Of a DNA stretch of 64,000 bases, positions 41,701-56,767 are shown piece by piece. The notes under the pieces are model-generated. The model was not told where the DNA came from, did no database searches, and saw nothing but the letters and a program-made list of their open reading frames with translations. Source of the DNA: the human T2T-CHM13v2.0 reference genome, Homo sapiens; assembly GCF_009914755.1 (NCBI RefSeq), contig NC_060930.1; one strand, written 5' to 3'. Each line of letters opens with the position of its first letter. Position 1 is the stretch's first letter. Made by a program: the position numbers and the translations under genes.

Positions 41701-43135
41701 ATTAAGCTAAGATGCTGGACATAGGGGTCCAGGTAGTGACTGAAGATGGCATGCATTGAGACTCAGACAAATTTCTAAAGTCTGCAGGGTGGAGAACAGC
41801 ACGGAGTCATGAAGTGTGTTTTCCATGTCTGATACAATATGTTTTATTTTATGTATTTTCTGTGTGCAAGAGAGAGAGCAGGAAGATTTGACTGTGTCTT
41901 ACCAGTGGCTGGGAGATCTCTTCTCACGTTAGAAGAGACTTGAGGAACATGAGCTGGGGCTCTATTTTTTCCTTATGACAATGTGAGCTCCCAACTCTGG
42001 ACTCCAAATCTAGTGCTCTCTTCTTTAGCCTGCAGGAGGGCAGGGACTGTGTCTTTTTTCGTATTGGTGCCAGGTCACAGAGTTGGTGCTCAGAGAACAT
42101 TTGTGGAATGAGTGGCTGAATGAATGAACAAACATATGGAGGAAGGAACTCTTGCCATCCAGTGAGATTCATCAGGGAAGGCTTGAGGGGATGCGCATTG
42201 AGCGTAGCTATGAAAGAGACAGGGGCATGGGTTGGCGAAGATGCCGAGAGGACTCTGTGGTTGAGTGGTTGGAAGAAGGCTGTTGGTGCCCCTCTTGGTG
42301 CCTACCCTAATGAGATGGCCAGGCTGATGCTGACTTGGAAGGGCCCTGTCTTGGGAGAAGGGAGGGTGGGGAACTGAGGGAAGTCATACAAAGACACAGG
42401 CCCAGAGAGGGCTTCCCCCTTATATTCTGCTTCCTTTCCTCCAGAACTTGGAGACATTACTAAGATTCCTTGAATCCCTAGGGCAGGGTTGGGGGTGGGG
42501 TGGTAGTGGGGGCAGTTCTAACAAATGAGTCTGGACAGAGGCATGTGGAGTGTGGCCCAGAGAAAAGGGGAGGAGGGGAAACATATATTGCAAGCTTGGA
42601 GAGAAGGAAGTTCTATTTTGGGTGACTTTAAATCCCAGCCCCTCTGCCGGCCAGATTCACAGCAGACCTCCCCCCTGTGCAGAAGATTCCCTCATTCTCA
42701 GTTCTGTGCACTGGCTTTGGCTCCATTTTGGCTCACATCGCTGCATCCTTTAAGACTTAGTTCATTCATACTTTGGTGTTCTATCTCTTGGTATGCTTGC
42801 CTGCATCTAAAACCTCCCCCCAGCCTTCCAGCCTTCTTAAAGAAGGCATCCCTAAATAACAGCAGCAAAAATGACATCTACAGTTTATCCACATTTCTGC
42901 TATGGCCCTGCACCACCCTGGGTGCCTTATGTGTCCTTCAACTCACAAGAAAAACGCGAGGTCATTATTACTGTGATCTCTAGTTGACAAATGAAGACAC
43001 TGAGCCCATGACAGGTCAAGTAAACCAGGCAAGGTCATATTGTTAGTTGGTGGCAAAGCTGTACCTAGAACCCAGGTATGCCTAACTCCAAAGCTCCATT
43101 GTCATCTCTTCTCACAGCTACAGAGCCTTCTCTCT

Positions 43136-43226
43136 AAATCAGAAACTCTGGGGTGGGGCCCAGCAATCTGCATTTTAACAAGCCCTCCAGGAAATTCTGA
43201 TGCAGGATAAAGCTTGAGAACGGCTG
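43136..43226 (+). mobile_element. MER5A 3' half
   Basis: AATCAGAAACTCTGGGGTGGGGCCCAGCAATCTGCATTTTAACAAGCCCTCCAG. Confidence 0.85.
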
Positions 43227-43872
43227 GTTTGGCTGATCTGGCTCCGACCTGGCTGCAAATCTCCACGTCCACCCTAGATTTGGGGGAAAGCCCATTTGTT
43301 AACTGCCATTACTCATCCTTACTATTCTATTTACTAGCTCCGGATAGAGGGCAAGATACTCAAGTTTCCTGAGCACTTGTTTCCCTAGCTGTAAAATAGG
43401 AACAATTCCAGCTCTTCTAGAGGCACTGCCCTGGTTTCTGGTTTCCAAGAGAAGATCTTCTGTGAGTGGCTGTCAATACTCAGCACCTTAGCATCACCTG
43501 GGGGAACTTTTACAAAATATTAATGCCCACTCCCTCCCTTCCCAGACTAAGTCAACATCTCTGGGAGTGGGCCTGGGGCATGAGTAGCTCTGATGTGCAT
43601 GTAGGTAGAGAAACCTGCTGCCCACTCTCAGGCTTCTCCCTTCCTATCACTTCCTCAAAGGAAGAGCCAAGGCATCTCCAACTGGTGACTCTCGAAGAAG
43701 TATGAGCTGGGCCTGTCAACTGCCTCCCCCGTCTCTCTTGGATCTGCCACCTGCAGGGTGGGTGCATCTTGGCAGTGGGGTCAGGAGCTTGCTCCTATGG
43801 GGAGGTCCATAGTCCCCATCCTATGCCAGTGATTGGATGTGTGAATTGGCGTCATTCATGGGTGGAATATTA

Positions 43873-44301
<429 letters not shown>

Positions 44302-45110
44302 TTATGTATGGCCCCTACAAAACCCCAATGCCATATATTTTACAGAGTTATTGCTGAATTTAATGAGATGGCATATTCAAGCCAGCTAGTTAGTTGGTGG
44401 TCAGTAAATGTTTGCTGCACCAGAATCAAAACAGGCCCCCTCTGATATCAGCCTTACACTCTCCCTGTGGGATGGACCTCCCAGCCTCAAACCACCTGTA
44501 CCACCAGCCCATGGCTGACAGATAATTCCCTAATCACCACTTCACTCAAGTCAGTCCACACGGATGCTTCTGGTAGGGATTTGCAGAAGATCTGCAGGTG
44601 AGAGAGTAGAATGGGGCTGTTTGGTTAAGCATGTCTGGGCTCTAGGCACAGTGTTGCCAGCAACTAGCAATCTGACCTCACCTGGTTGCCTCAGCCTCTC
44701 TGGGGCCCAATGTCTTCATTTGTCAACTAGAGATCACAGTAATAATGACCTCACATTTTTCTTGTGAGTTGAAGGAGGACACATAAGGCACCCAAGGAGG
44801 TGCATGGCCCATAGAAGAAACGTGGATAAATTGTAGATGTGGATTATTATTGCTATTATTATTGAAGATGGCACCACCTTTTCAAACAAATTCCCGGGTG
44901 ATGCTGATGCTGCTGGCCCAGTGACAAATTTTAAGATAACCAGCGCTCAATGAAAACAAAACGCAGGTGAGCTCTGACTTTTGGGAATTGTAGGGAGAGT
45001 GGGCTGGTTGGTCGAGGCCTTGCCTGACCTGGATGCAGTCCAGTGTTTGGTAAACTTGCCTACAAATTAGTGTCACCTGGAGAGATTTTACAACTGTCAG
45101 AGCCCAGAAG

Positions 45111-45535
<425 letters not shown>

Positions 45536-46459
45536 GTGGTCCCCCCTCTCTCTCCTCCCACAGAGATTGTTTTAATTGGTTCAGGTTGGGTCTAGGCTAG
45601 GCATCGTTTTTTTTTTGTTTTTTTGTTTTTATTTTTTTTAAATGCCCCGTGATTCTACTTTGCAGCCAGGCAGGAAAACCTGAGGGATCCGCTCATAACT
45701 TTGGATAGAAAGTGTGAATTGTTAAAAGGTTTGTAAAAATTCTGGCGAAAAAAGAGGAAAGAGAAACGGCAGTAAATTAAACTGCCTGCATCCAAATCTC
45801 CTGGGGAACTTGTTAAAATGCAGATTCGTAGGTCTTCCCCCCAGATCTGTTTACTTAGAAACTCTGAGGGCAGGGCCCTGGAATCTTCATCTTTCGTAAA
45901 TGCACTAGGTAGACTCAAAATGTGCACTTAGTTTGAGATGTTCTGTTGAAAGTGGAAAAAACAGGAATTAAATTGAGAGAAGAGAGCTGGGAAACTCAGG
46001 ATATTGTTTAAGCAGGTAGTCTGTTCAGTGGTTCTGACCTGAGAACCAGGCTTAGGACCTGAAGCCAAAAGGAAGAATGAGAAGGGTGCAGATGGAGTCC
46101 AGAAGAAAGGGGTCAGCCTCAGCCTGGGCTGGAGGTCAGCCAAGCTGGCAAGAAAGGACAATGCCTGAGAGAAATGATTCCAAGCTTAGAGCATGTGCAG
46201 GCTCACAGAGCAAGTGTGAGGTGAGTCCACACTGCCAGCAAATCGCAGGAGGCTCTGCACAGCCAGCCTCCCAGAGGCCAGTGAGGGGAGCCCAGTGTTC
46301 ACACAGGTGAGCACAGACTTGATGCAGGAAGCATTTCTAAGTAGAACCCAGTAGACTGGATATGAAGACTGGATAATCTATAAAATAGAGAACTGTGTGT
46401 GGGTGCGGGAGTACCTGTGTGTTGGGGGAGAAGAATGGGAGTTTAAGACAGCTGGGTCA

Positions 46460-46780
<321 letters not shown>

Positions 46781-46789
46781 TCAGAACCT

Positions 46790-46955
46790 GCCTCTAATCC
46801 TGGCTCAGTCAGTTTTGTGCTTGTGACCTTGGGAAGGTTGCTTCACTTCACTGAACATTGGTTTCCTTAAAATTGGGATGCTAATACCCACATTTCGGAG
46901 TTTCTTGTGAGAATTAAGTGAGATAGTACATATAAAATACCTGGCATATAGCAGT
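46790..46955 (+). mobile_element. MIR
   Basis: TGTGACCTTGGGAAGGTTGCTTCAC..TTGTGAGAATTAAGTGAGATA. Confidence 0.75.
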
Positions 46956-47477
46956 ATTTAAGACAAAGGAAGAGTTAAAGATGCTTCTCTGTCTTTGAAG
47001 TTCGGGGTGGTCCGAAGGGGGAAGGAAAGGAGAGGTTAGTTGTAGGGGAAGTTGGTGGCACCAGCATTGGCACATCTGAATAGAAATGTAGATCGTTGGA
47101 AATATGGAGCTGGAGATGAGGGAAAGGAGAATTTTGGAGTGACCATTGCTGAATTAGTCTGAAGGAAGGAGATGGAGGGGAGTTTTGGAGGGGAGAGGAT
47201 ACAGGAGAAGGCCAGACATCCAGGGTCTGCACCTTGGCAAAGCCCTGGTCTATCTACTATGTGCCAGGCTCTGTGCTGAGCACCAGGGTTCCCATTACAC
47301 TGTGCGACACTGTCCCTGACCTAAGAAGATCACAACCCAGGGAGAGTGGCTGTAATTCAGGAAACAATAGATCTGCCTGATGTTTGATTATGGGAGAAAC
47401 ACAGGATGCTAAGGAGGAGGAAGGGTGGCCGGGATGGCTTCCAACAGGAAGTGAGGCTTGCTAGGTGTTCCGGCTGA

Positions 47478-47980
47478 GGTTCCAGGGGAGGGGCTCCAGG
47501 AGGAGGGGATCTGGGGGGTAGGGGTCCCACGGGGAGGGTTCCATGGGGGGAAGCTCCAGGGGCAGGGTTCCAGGGGGAGGGGCGCTGGGAAGAGGGGCTC
47601 CAGGGGGAGGGGTTCCAGGGTAGAGGGAACTCCTTGGGGAAGGGTTGGGGAGGGGCTTCTAGGGCGAGGGTTCCAGGGGGAGAGGCTCCAGGGGGAGGGA
47701 GTCCCAGGGGGAGGGTTCCATGGGGAGGAGCTCCAGGGGCAGCAGGGTTCCAGGGGGAGGGGCGCTGGGAAGAGGGGCTCCGGGGGGAGGGGTTCCAGGG
47801 TAGAGGGAACTCCTTGGGGAAGGGTTGGGGAGGGGCTTCTAGGGCGAGGGTTCCAGGGGGAGAGGCTCCAGGGGGAGGGAGTCCCAGGGGGAGGGTTCCA
47901 GGGGGGAGGGAACTCCTTGGGGAAAGGTGGGGGAGGGCCTCCAGAGGGAGGGCCTCTACATGGAGGGATTCCTGGGAGGA
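47478..47980. repeat. G-rich minisatellite (~15-bp GGGTTCCAGGGGGAG units) with a 180-bp higher-order duplication
   Basis: 47562-47720 and 47742-47900 are identical except for one base. Confidence 0.95.
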
Positions 47981-48819
47981 GCTCTGACCTGAGTGGCTTC
48001 GGCTGAATCAGAGAGGCTAGAGAGAGCTTGGAGTTCTCAGGGCAGGTGGATCAGATTTCACATCGTTCACAACTTGAGGAGGGAGAACTGAGAAAAGGCT
48101 TCTGAAGGGGTGACAGGATGGAAAAAGGTGACACACAGCAGGCACTTTCCAGGATGAGGTGGGTAAGTGGCTTCAACACTGGGCACTGAGGAGGGAGATC
48201 CCTTCAGTGGCAATAATCGGGGTAGAGCTTGCAAGGATGTCTGGGTTGAAAAAAGGCAATTTAGAAATGGGGAGTCCATTCAAGGACTGTTCTCAGGGCT
48301 TGAGGATTGGCCTGTGTTCTCAGAGGAAATCTCAGCTTCTGTAGCCTGAAGTCCTGGAGCCAGAGTCTCGTTTCCGTCAGAGAAAGCATCCCTCAAAGCA
48401 CAGAGACGAAAAATATCTCATACCTTTTACATGCAAGATGCCTTTTGTTGACAGAGAGGAGGGGGAAATTAAAAACAGAAATGAAACAAACAAATGAAAA
48501 CATCCTGCATTTATCTGAGAATTCCAAGACCTGATTTAACCATGCAGGTTTATAAAGAAGCATTCCTTTGCCACTTGCTGAGGGTCACTTGAGAAACCTA
48601 TTGAGGGTGCCTGGCCAAGGCCTGGATGCCTTCATGGATTGAAGGACCTGAGTCATTGGCTGGGCCATGAAGGTTCATTCCTGGGGTGTTAACCACTTTC
48701 TCCACTCTGCCTCTCCCCACACGCTGCTGTTAGATGTCGTTCCTTTAGGAAGAGCTCACGGAGGACTGAGGACCTGCTGCACACATTCCACTGCGCCAGG
48801 AGCTATTCTCATGGACTCA

Positions 48820-49192
<373 letters not shown>

Positions 49193-50058
49193 TTAAATAA
49201 CGTATGTAATGAAGTATATAATGAAGTGTCCTATAAACAGCAGACAAAAAGTGCTTTGAGTTTATTTAGGAGAATGCAGGTAGGTTGGAGTGGTTAGGGA
49301 GGCTGCTTGGGGAAGGTGGCATCTGCAGTGGGGATGGATGAGAGAAGAGGGGGAGGAAGCAGGGGAGGTGGGCATGAGATTGGGGTGAGGGGTAATGTTG
49401 AGAATCCGCATGTGGAACGAGCAAGTCTATTCTTTACTATGTTTCAAAGCTAAAATAGTCTCCTGCTTTTATTATTTAATTTCAGAAGGATGTAGAAGCT
49501 TCGTGTATGCTTAATGTCATGTCATCACATTGATGATATGTCTTATAATTGATAGGGTCAAGAATTCAGGAAATATAGCAATTTATTTTTTATCATACCA
49601 ATTTTTAAAAACTTTATTTTTTAAATTGACAGATAACAGTGTAGCAATTCATTTAATCCTTTAGCTCTTATCAAGTTCCTGCTGTGTGTATGGAAAGAGC
49701 ACTGCGGGGGGAGTTGGAGATAAAAATGTCCCTGCCCTCTAGGAATTTCAGTCCCTTGAGCAATGGTGCATTTAAGGAGGAATGAGTGGGACAACATGGT
49801 CGGAAAGCAGGGAGTGTGGAGTGGAGGAGTGGGGTGCGATGGGGAAGAAAGATCAGGGTGGGGAGTAGTCCAGCAGTTACTGAGATGTAGATCAACGCCG
49901 CTTGAACAGGAAGCCACCCCAGATTAAAGTAACTTGTCTCTGTTCAGTCTTGACCATTCAGGGACTGTGGGTGACATTTTTGGAAACACACAAGGAGTGG
50001 CCAGCCAGGCCGCTCTTCCTGGGAAAGGCTGCCTGCGCTGGCTGCTGGAGAAGATGGG

Positions 50059-50219
50059 CAGGGCCAGCTGCATGATTTGCGGGCCCAGCACAAAATGAAA
50101 ATGCAGGACTCCTTGTTCAAAAATTATTAAAAGTTTCAAGATGGCAATAGCAGAGCTTTAAACCAAGCGCAGGGCCCTTCTGAGTGTGCCCAGCTCGCAT
50201 GCCCAAGAGGCCGATCCTG
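50059..50219 (-). mobile_element. MER45A (hAT-Tip100) with near-perfect 8-bp TSD
   Basis: CAAAATGAAAATGC..TTGTTCAAAAATTATTAA..TTTCAAGATGGC; TSD AAGATGGG / AAGGTGGG. Confidence 0.88.
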
Positions 50220-50887
50220 AAGGTGGGACAGCCTGGACCTTTCTGTGACTAAGTGTGTGGTGAGACGATGGGGCCCAATTGCTGCCTGTGAGTAGGTACA
50301 GGGTTTGGTCATGCAAGCACTGAGTTCTTTCCTGTGAGCTGGGATGGGGAGATGGGGAAGAGATGGGAAGTGCACCATAGGAGGTGCTGTGGCTGTGGGG
50401 ATGCGTGTGGTGTACAGTGATGCTGCCATTTACGAGCTGTGTTCTGCTTGCAGTGGGAAGGCTGTATCTGAATGTTGGAATCAGTCAGACTGAGGTCACA
50501 TGTTTTATCAACTTTACTAACTTGGGCAAGTTACTGATTTTCTCTGAGCCTTAATTTCCTTATATGTAAAAATGGAGATCATATTACTGCTTTTGCAGGA
50601 TGCTAGCATACTTAAATAATAGTTGTAAAATTTTGAGCCTAGCCTAGCTTTTAATAAATACTAGTATTCTCTTTTCTAGAAATGTGTGAAATATTTATGT
50701 TTTAAAGCATGGAGCATGGAATAGTTTGGAATATATTATTGTCAGCAACTTTCTTTTTCTATTTCAAGCTCAATGGGGATGCAGCTAAAACCTACCACCC
50801 TGATTTCAAATAGCAGAGGTGGGGGGTTGAGGGGAGGTATGCCCCATTGTAATATACACCCAAGGGAAACCCAGTTACATCTGCTGG

Positions 50888-50909
50888 ACACACACACACA
50901 CACACACAC
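50888..50909. repeat. (AC)n microsatellite
   Basis: Seen directly. Confidence 0.93.
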
Positions 50910-51378
50910 CCCACCCAGAGCTAAATCGAAGCTGGGTTGGAATGTGATACTGTGTTACAGGAAGAGCCCTAGTTTGGGCATCGTCTCCTGGTTTTGAACC
51001 TCAGGGTCCTCATCGGTCAAAAATTCTGACCTCTCTGGGTTGTTGTAAGATTAAATGAGATGCATGTGTGGATACTCAGTCTCCGGTCTATGGCGGATGT
51101 AAGCGTCCTTTGAATGAGTCTGTGCTCCCAGGCCATAGTGTGGTTCATGGGAAAAAGAAGAAAAGACATTGCCTTCTCAACAGTAACATTTCCTAAATAT
51201 TATGCTTGGGCAACTCCTTTATAAACGAAGAGCGGGCTGATCAGAAATTGGCACGGGGGCTGATTTCCAGCGATCTTACTGTTTCCTCTGCTCATATACT
51301 TTGGGGAGTTGCCTGGGAGTTCTTTCTACTTAGATTTGGAAGTCGGTACAAGCATGTGTGTTTGCTTTTTGGAGATGG

Positions 51379-54007
51379 ACACATATATGCATACCATACA
51401 TGCACACATACATCACCTACACCCCTCCACCACACATACATACACCACACACACCACACATATACACCATACACATACCACATGTACACAAACCCCATCA
51501 CACACACTACACACACCACACATACACACCCCCCCACACATATACATACACCACACATGCACATATACATCAACTACACCCTTACCACACATACATATAC
51601 AACACATATATACCATACACACATACCACATGTACCCAAACCCCATCTACACACACATTACACACATATACACCACACATACACACACCACACACATACA
51701 CATACACCAGACATGCACATAAACCATCTACACACACATCCACACATGCTCATACATTACACACATATCGCACATACACACCACACATACACAAACCCCA
51801 TCTATACACACATCACACAGATACCACGTGTATACACCACACATACACATCCCATACACATCCCATACACATCACACATGCACAAACCCCATCTACACAC
51901 ACATCACACATATACCACGTGTATACACCAGACATAGGCACACCACACACATACCACACACCACGCACACATCACATACACACCACATACACACCCCACA
52001 GGCACATATGCACTCATCACACATACACACCGCCTAAACATACCCTGCCACACATACACATATCACACACACTGCACATACTGCACATATACACCACACC
52101 ACACATATACCACACACACAAACCCCATCTACACACACAGCACACACACAGCATACACATACCACATAGACCACACATACACATATACACACCACACGTG
52201 CAACCTGCACACACCCCCTACATACACAAACCACACGTACAACACACACACCACATGTACACAAACCCCATCTACACACATTCTACACATAAACACCACA
52301 TATACACATACCACACACACACACCACACATACCCATATCCCCATATCCCACCCCGACAAATGCCATACACATACCACATATATACACCAAAATACACAT
52401 GTCACATACACACCATACATACACATGTACACATACCACACATGCACATACACATACACCACCTACACACACACCACACATATGCACCACACATACACAT
52501 ACTACACACCACACCACAGCACAGCACAGATACATGTAGACACACACCATACGTATATACATACATACATACACATACACACCACCTACACACACACCAC
52601 ACACATACTCTGCCTATGCACACCACACACCACACACATCACACATACATACCATATCACACCACACATACACATATACACACACCATGCATGTACATAT
52701 ACCACCTACACACACACCAAACATACACATACCCCACTTACATACATGCTACACACATACTACACATACCCCACATACATCACATGCACACCATACGTAT
52801 ATACACACACCATACATGCCACACCTGAACACACACACACACATCACACAAACACACCACATACACACCACATACACACCACATACACCACACATACACC
52901 ACACATACAATACACACACCACACGCACATCCCATCTACATACACACCACATACACTACACAAACATATCACAAATATACATACCACATCACACCATACG
53001 TACACACACACCACAGACACATACCACATGCACATAAATCCTATCTATACATATACCACCTATGAACATATACCACCTACACACCAACAGATATGCCACC
53101 CACACACGTGCCACATACACACCACACATACACCACATACACACACCCCATCTACATACACACCACACACTACACAAACATACCACAAATACACATACAC
53201 ATACCATATCACACCACACATACACACACCTCAGACACATACCACACACATATAAACCCCATCTACACACACACACCGAACTTGAACATATACCTCTTAC
53301 ACACCACACGTACACATATGCCACACACACACATGCCACATACACCATACATACACATACCCTATCTACACACATACTATGTGACCACACACACCCCACA
53401 CACATCACACATACATACCATATCACACCACACATGCACATATACTGCCTATACACATCACACACACCTACCCCACCACACACGCCACACACATACCACA
53501 CATACACACCACACATACACACACCATACCACATATACACACACCACACATATACAACCTAAACATACACACACCACACACACCACTTATACATGCATGC
53601 ACACATCACATACACACCACACATACCACACACACCACACATCACATATATACACCACACCTCACATACATATACACATACACCATATGTGTATGTACAC
53701 CAACTATGTGCACACACCACATATAGTCATACCCTACCTACACACACACCACACATACCACACATATACCCACCACACCACACATACACATATACACACA
53801 CCACACATACACATTCCCTACCTACACACACCACACACTCACCACACACACCGCACACATACCACAAATATATGTACCACACCACATACACATATACCAC
53901 ACATGCGCATACACCAAGTACACATACCACACATATGCTACCTACACATACATAAACATACACCATACCACATACACACATAAATACATACCACACACAC
54001 ATACCAC
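51379..54007. repeat. 2.6-kb degenerate CA/CAT-rich low-complexity tandem tract
   Basis: CACACATACACCACA variants; recurrent ACAAACCCCATCTACAC landmark; G almost absent on the + strand. Confidence 0.97.
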
Positions 54008-54569
54008 TCCCCACCGCTTCACCCAGAGAGTCAAAGATATGCATTCATGTCTTCTCTCTCCTCCTCCCTCTCTCTTCCTGTCTTTAGTGAGCATCTCCTA
54101 TACTTGCTTGTCCAGTGCACAAGGACTCAGGGTCCTCCTGGACCCCACTCAATCCACATCCCTCCCGATGCTTTGTCCTGAAAACTCCGTTTCACAGCTC
54201 CCATTCCTAGTCCTCTTTGCCATCTCGTCTGCCTCTAATAAATTTCTGGAGTGTGACCTAGGCTGTGAGTGCCCTGTTCTTATCCACCCAGGGCCCTAGG
54301 CTGCTGTCAATTCAGCTGAACTCAGGAATGCAGAATAACTCGAGAAGCACATCATTCAGAGAGCTGTTTGCAGGGTGGCTAGGAAAGGGGGAAATGAGAG
54401 AGGTTGGCCCTGGTCTCAGCACGGGATCACGTGGGGCTGGTTTGGAGCCTGGTATTTGGGAATAAAACAAATGCATCCAAGGCGTTTTAGAAAAAGGTGC
54501 TGAGAATCATTCACAGGATGGGGCATTAGGGATTGAAGACAAAGGACAAAAGGGACTCTGAGCTTGGGA

Positions 54570-54710
54570 GACTATAGCTCTGTAAGGGCAGGAGCTGTGT
54601 CTGATGAGTTTACCTGCACGTACCCAGCCCCAAGAGCAGTGCCGGGCATACAGTAGGTGCTAAAAATCAATGGTGGTTGGATGAATAAATGAGCAAATGA
54701 GTGAATGATG
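54570..54710 (+). mobile_element. L2 3' terminus
   Basis: CAGTGCCGGGCATACAGTAGGTGCT..GGATGAATAAATGA. Confidence 0.8.
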
Positions 54711-55111
54711 AACTAAAGGGAGTTCATGGGATAGGATTCAATTCAAACAGCATCATTTAACGCCTCATATACTGTCTGACACAGATTCTAGTGATGGGGT
54801 AGAAGAAACTACTAGACAATATGTAGTTTGACTGGCTCATTTACAGACAGGGCCCAAAGTACTTATGTTCTCTTGCCCAAGGTGTTTTCAATCTCCTATG
54901 GCATCAATAACCCTATGTTGGACTTCTGTTCTTGATCTTTGGTAGCATCTCTGAGTATTCCCAGCTCTCATTCTACTCTACGACGCCTCCTCTAAACCAT
55001 GTTTATGAGCAGAAGGTTTAGGGTGGACTAGAACCCCCGCTGGGCTACAGTTCTGCAGACATTCCGCAGATTCAAACCTTTGTACTTCCCTTATCATAAC
55101 CACATCCACGC

Positions 55112-55151
55112 TTTTTTTTTTTTTTTGAGACGGGGTCTCGCTCTGTTGCCC
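55112..55151 (-). mobile_element. Extremely 5'-truncated Alu (~25 nt + A15) with TSDs
   Basis: T15-GAGACGGGGTCTCGCTCTGTTGCCC flanked by CCACATCCAC(G/A)CTTT on both sides. Confidence 0.9.
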
Positions 55152-56199
55152 CACATCCACACTTTATTATATTTATTTGTCTCTCTTCCCAACCAAACTG
55201 AACTCATGCTTATTTTACATTTTTACAGCTCTTAGCATGGTACTTAGGGGCCCAACAAATATTTGTTTGAAAGAACGAATGAAGTGGTGAAATTGTACAC
55301 ACAACATTTAGGAGGAGGAAAGGAGTCACCCTGGATCTACATTTTCAACCACATTTGCCTTTCAGGGGCCAGCTCAGCTCCCATCCTACCCCCTAGTTAC
55401 TGCCCCATCCCAGTCTGCCCTCCCTGAGGAGATGGACTGTGCCTGTGGGTCCTGAGGCAGGAGCAGGGGCCTTTCTGGTAGAAAGGCAGGAAGGTCACCT
55501 TGTACTGCAGAAGGCACAGCCCCGGGGGCCAGGTGGGGCCATGTGCACAGGCCCTGCTGTGTTTCTAGGGCAGAGTTGGCCTGACAGAACCTCAAGGTCC
55601 TTCCCTCAAGAGTGACAGAATGCTTTTTGTGCTGGGACCCTGGGAGAGAGGATCAGGAATAGTAGCCAGTGGGGGCTTCTCCCAGTCCTGGGCTGTGGAA
55701 CGGTGCTGAGGCCTCAGCGATGGGTTGCTCTGGTGGGAGAGCTGGGAGTGGAGCACAGAAGAAAGCTGGAGGCTCCTTTCCCTGCGCCTTTCAGTAACAG
55801 CAACCCCGTCTGTGTGAGCCGGAGGAGGGGCTTGGCTTCTGGAAGCAGAGGGGGCGAGGCCTCGGGTTCTCCTGTGTAGGGTGATTTCCCTTTGGCCAGG
55901 AGCCCCAGACTTACGGCGCTAATGGGTAGCAGAGACATGGGCGCTAAAATTCCTTCTCTTTCACTTCATAGCTGTTGCCCAGAGAGCTCTCCATGCTCCC
56001 CAGGTTCATAGTCAGCCCAGGTCCTTGCTCTGTGTGTCCAGCCCCTCATCCTCTCACTCACGTGCCGGCACCCCTCCGTGGCACCACCAGCATCCACCCC
56101 TTCCTCTCTATTCTTGGCGGTTCAGGGTCTCATTCCCTTCTACCCAGACACACAGACTTGCCTCCCAACTCTTCCACTCTTCCACTTCTCCCTCTTGTC

Positions 56200-56767
56200 T
56201 TCCCACCCCATACAGTGCCACCAGAAATGTCTCTTCTAATCTCAGACCTCACAAACTCTCTCCTCTACCATAAGTCAAGGAACTAATCAACAGCAAGCCA
56301 CACACTCTCCAATGGCTTCTTCCTTCTTCCCCTGGCACTCAAGGCCCTCCTTTTTCTGGCTGTAGTTTTGGTTCCCACTGCACCTTTTTGAGCCCTGAGA
56401 GGTGCAGTGGAACCACCCTAGTAGAGCTTCTCATTCATCTGGGCTGTCGTTGTGCCAGGTTCTCACTCTGGCATGCCACTTGTTGAGAATGCTTTCCTGG
56501 ACACCCCTGAGCCCCTGGCATGTGCTGACGCCCTCTCTTCTTCTGAGGCCCAGCTTCATTGACACTTCTTCTGGTGAATGTTCCAGATCCTTCCAGCCAG
56601 AAGTCACTCTTCCCCACCTACAGTCCCAGGGCCTGGAGCCGCACCTCCTTGCCTCCCTTACATCCTAGGATCTGATGTCAGGCTCATCTAAGATACCCAG
56701 AACATTGCTTTATACATGGCATTTACTCGGTGGGTGGGTGGATGAATGGATAAATGAATGAATGAAT
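56200..56767 (+). mobile_element. L2 3' fragment
   Basis: CTCCAATGGCTTC..CAAGGCCCTCC.. ending in a (TGAA)n tail. Confidence 0.6.

Noticed and set aside
47478-47980. Immunoglobulin switch-region resemblance
   Set aside because: G-skewed with only a few AGCT motifs, just 0.5 kb long, and no Ig constant exons nearby.
47458-48006. 182-aa Gly-rich, collagen-like ORF
   Set aside because: Translation of the G-rich VNTR; no sustained Gly-X-Y register and a non-ATG start.
51206-54044. Many long His/Thr/Tyr-rich or Val/Cys-rich ORFs (up to 393 aa)
   Set aside because: Artefacts of the CA-rich tract, which rarely produces stop codons; several frames are open on both strands.
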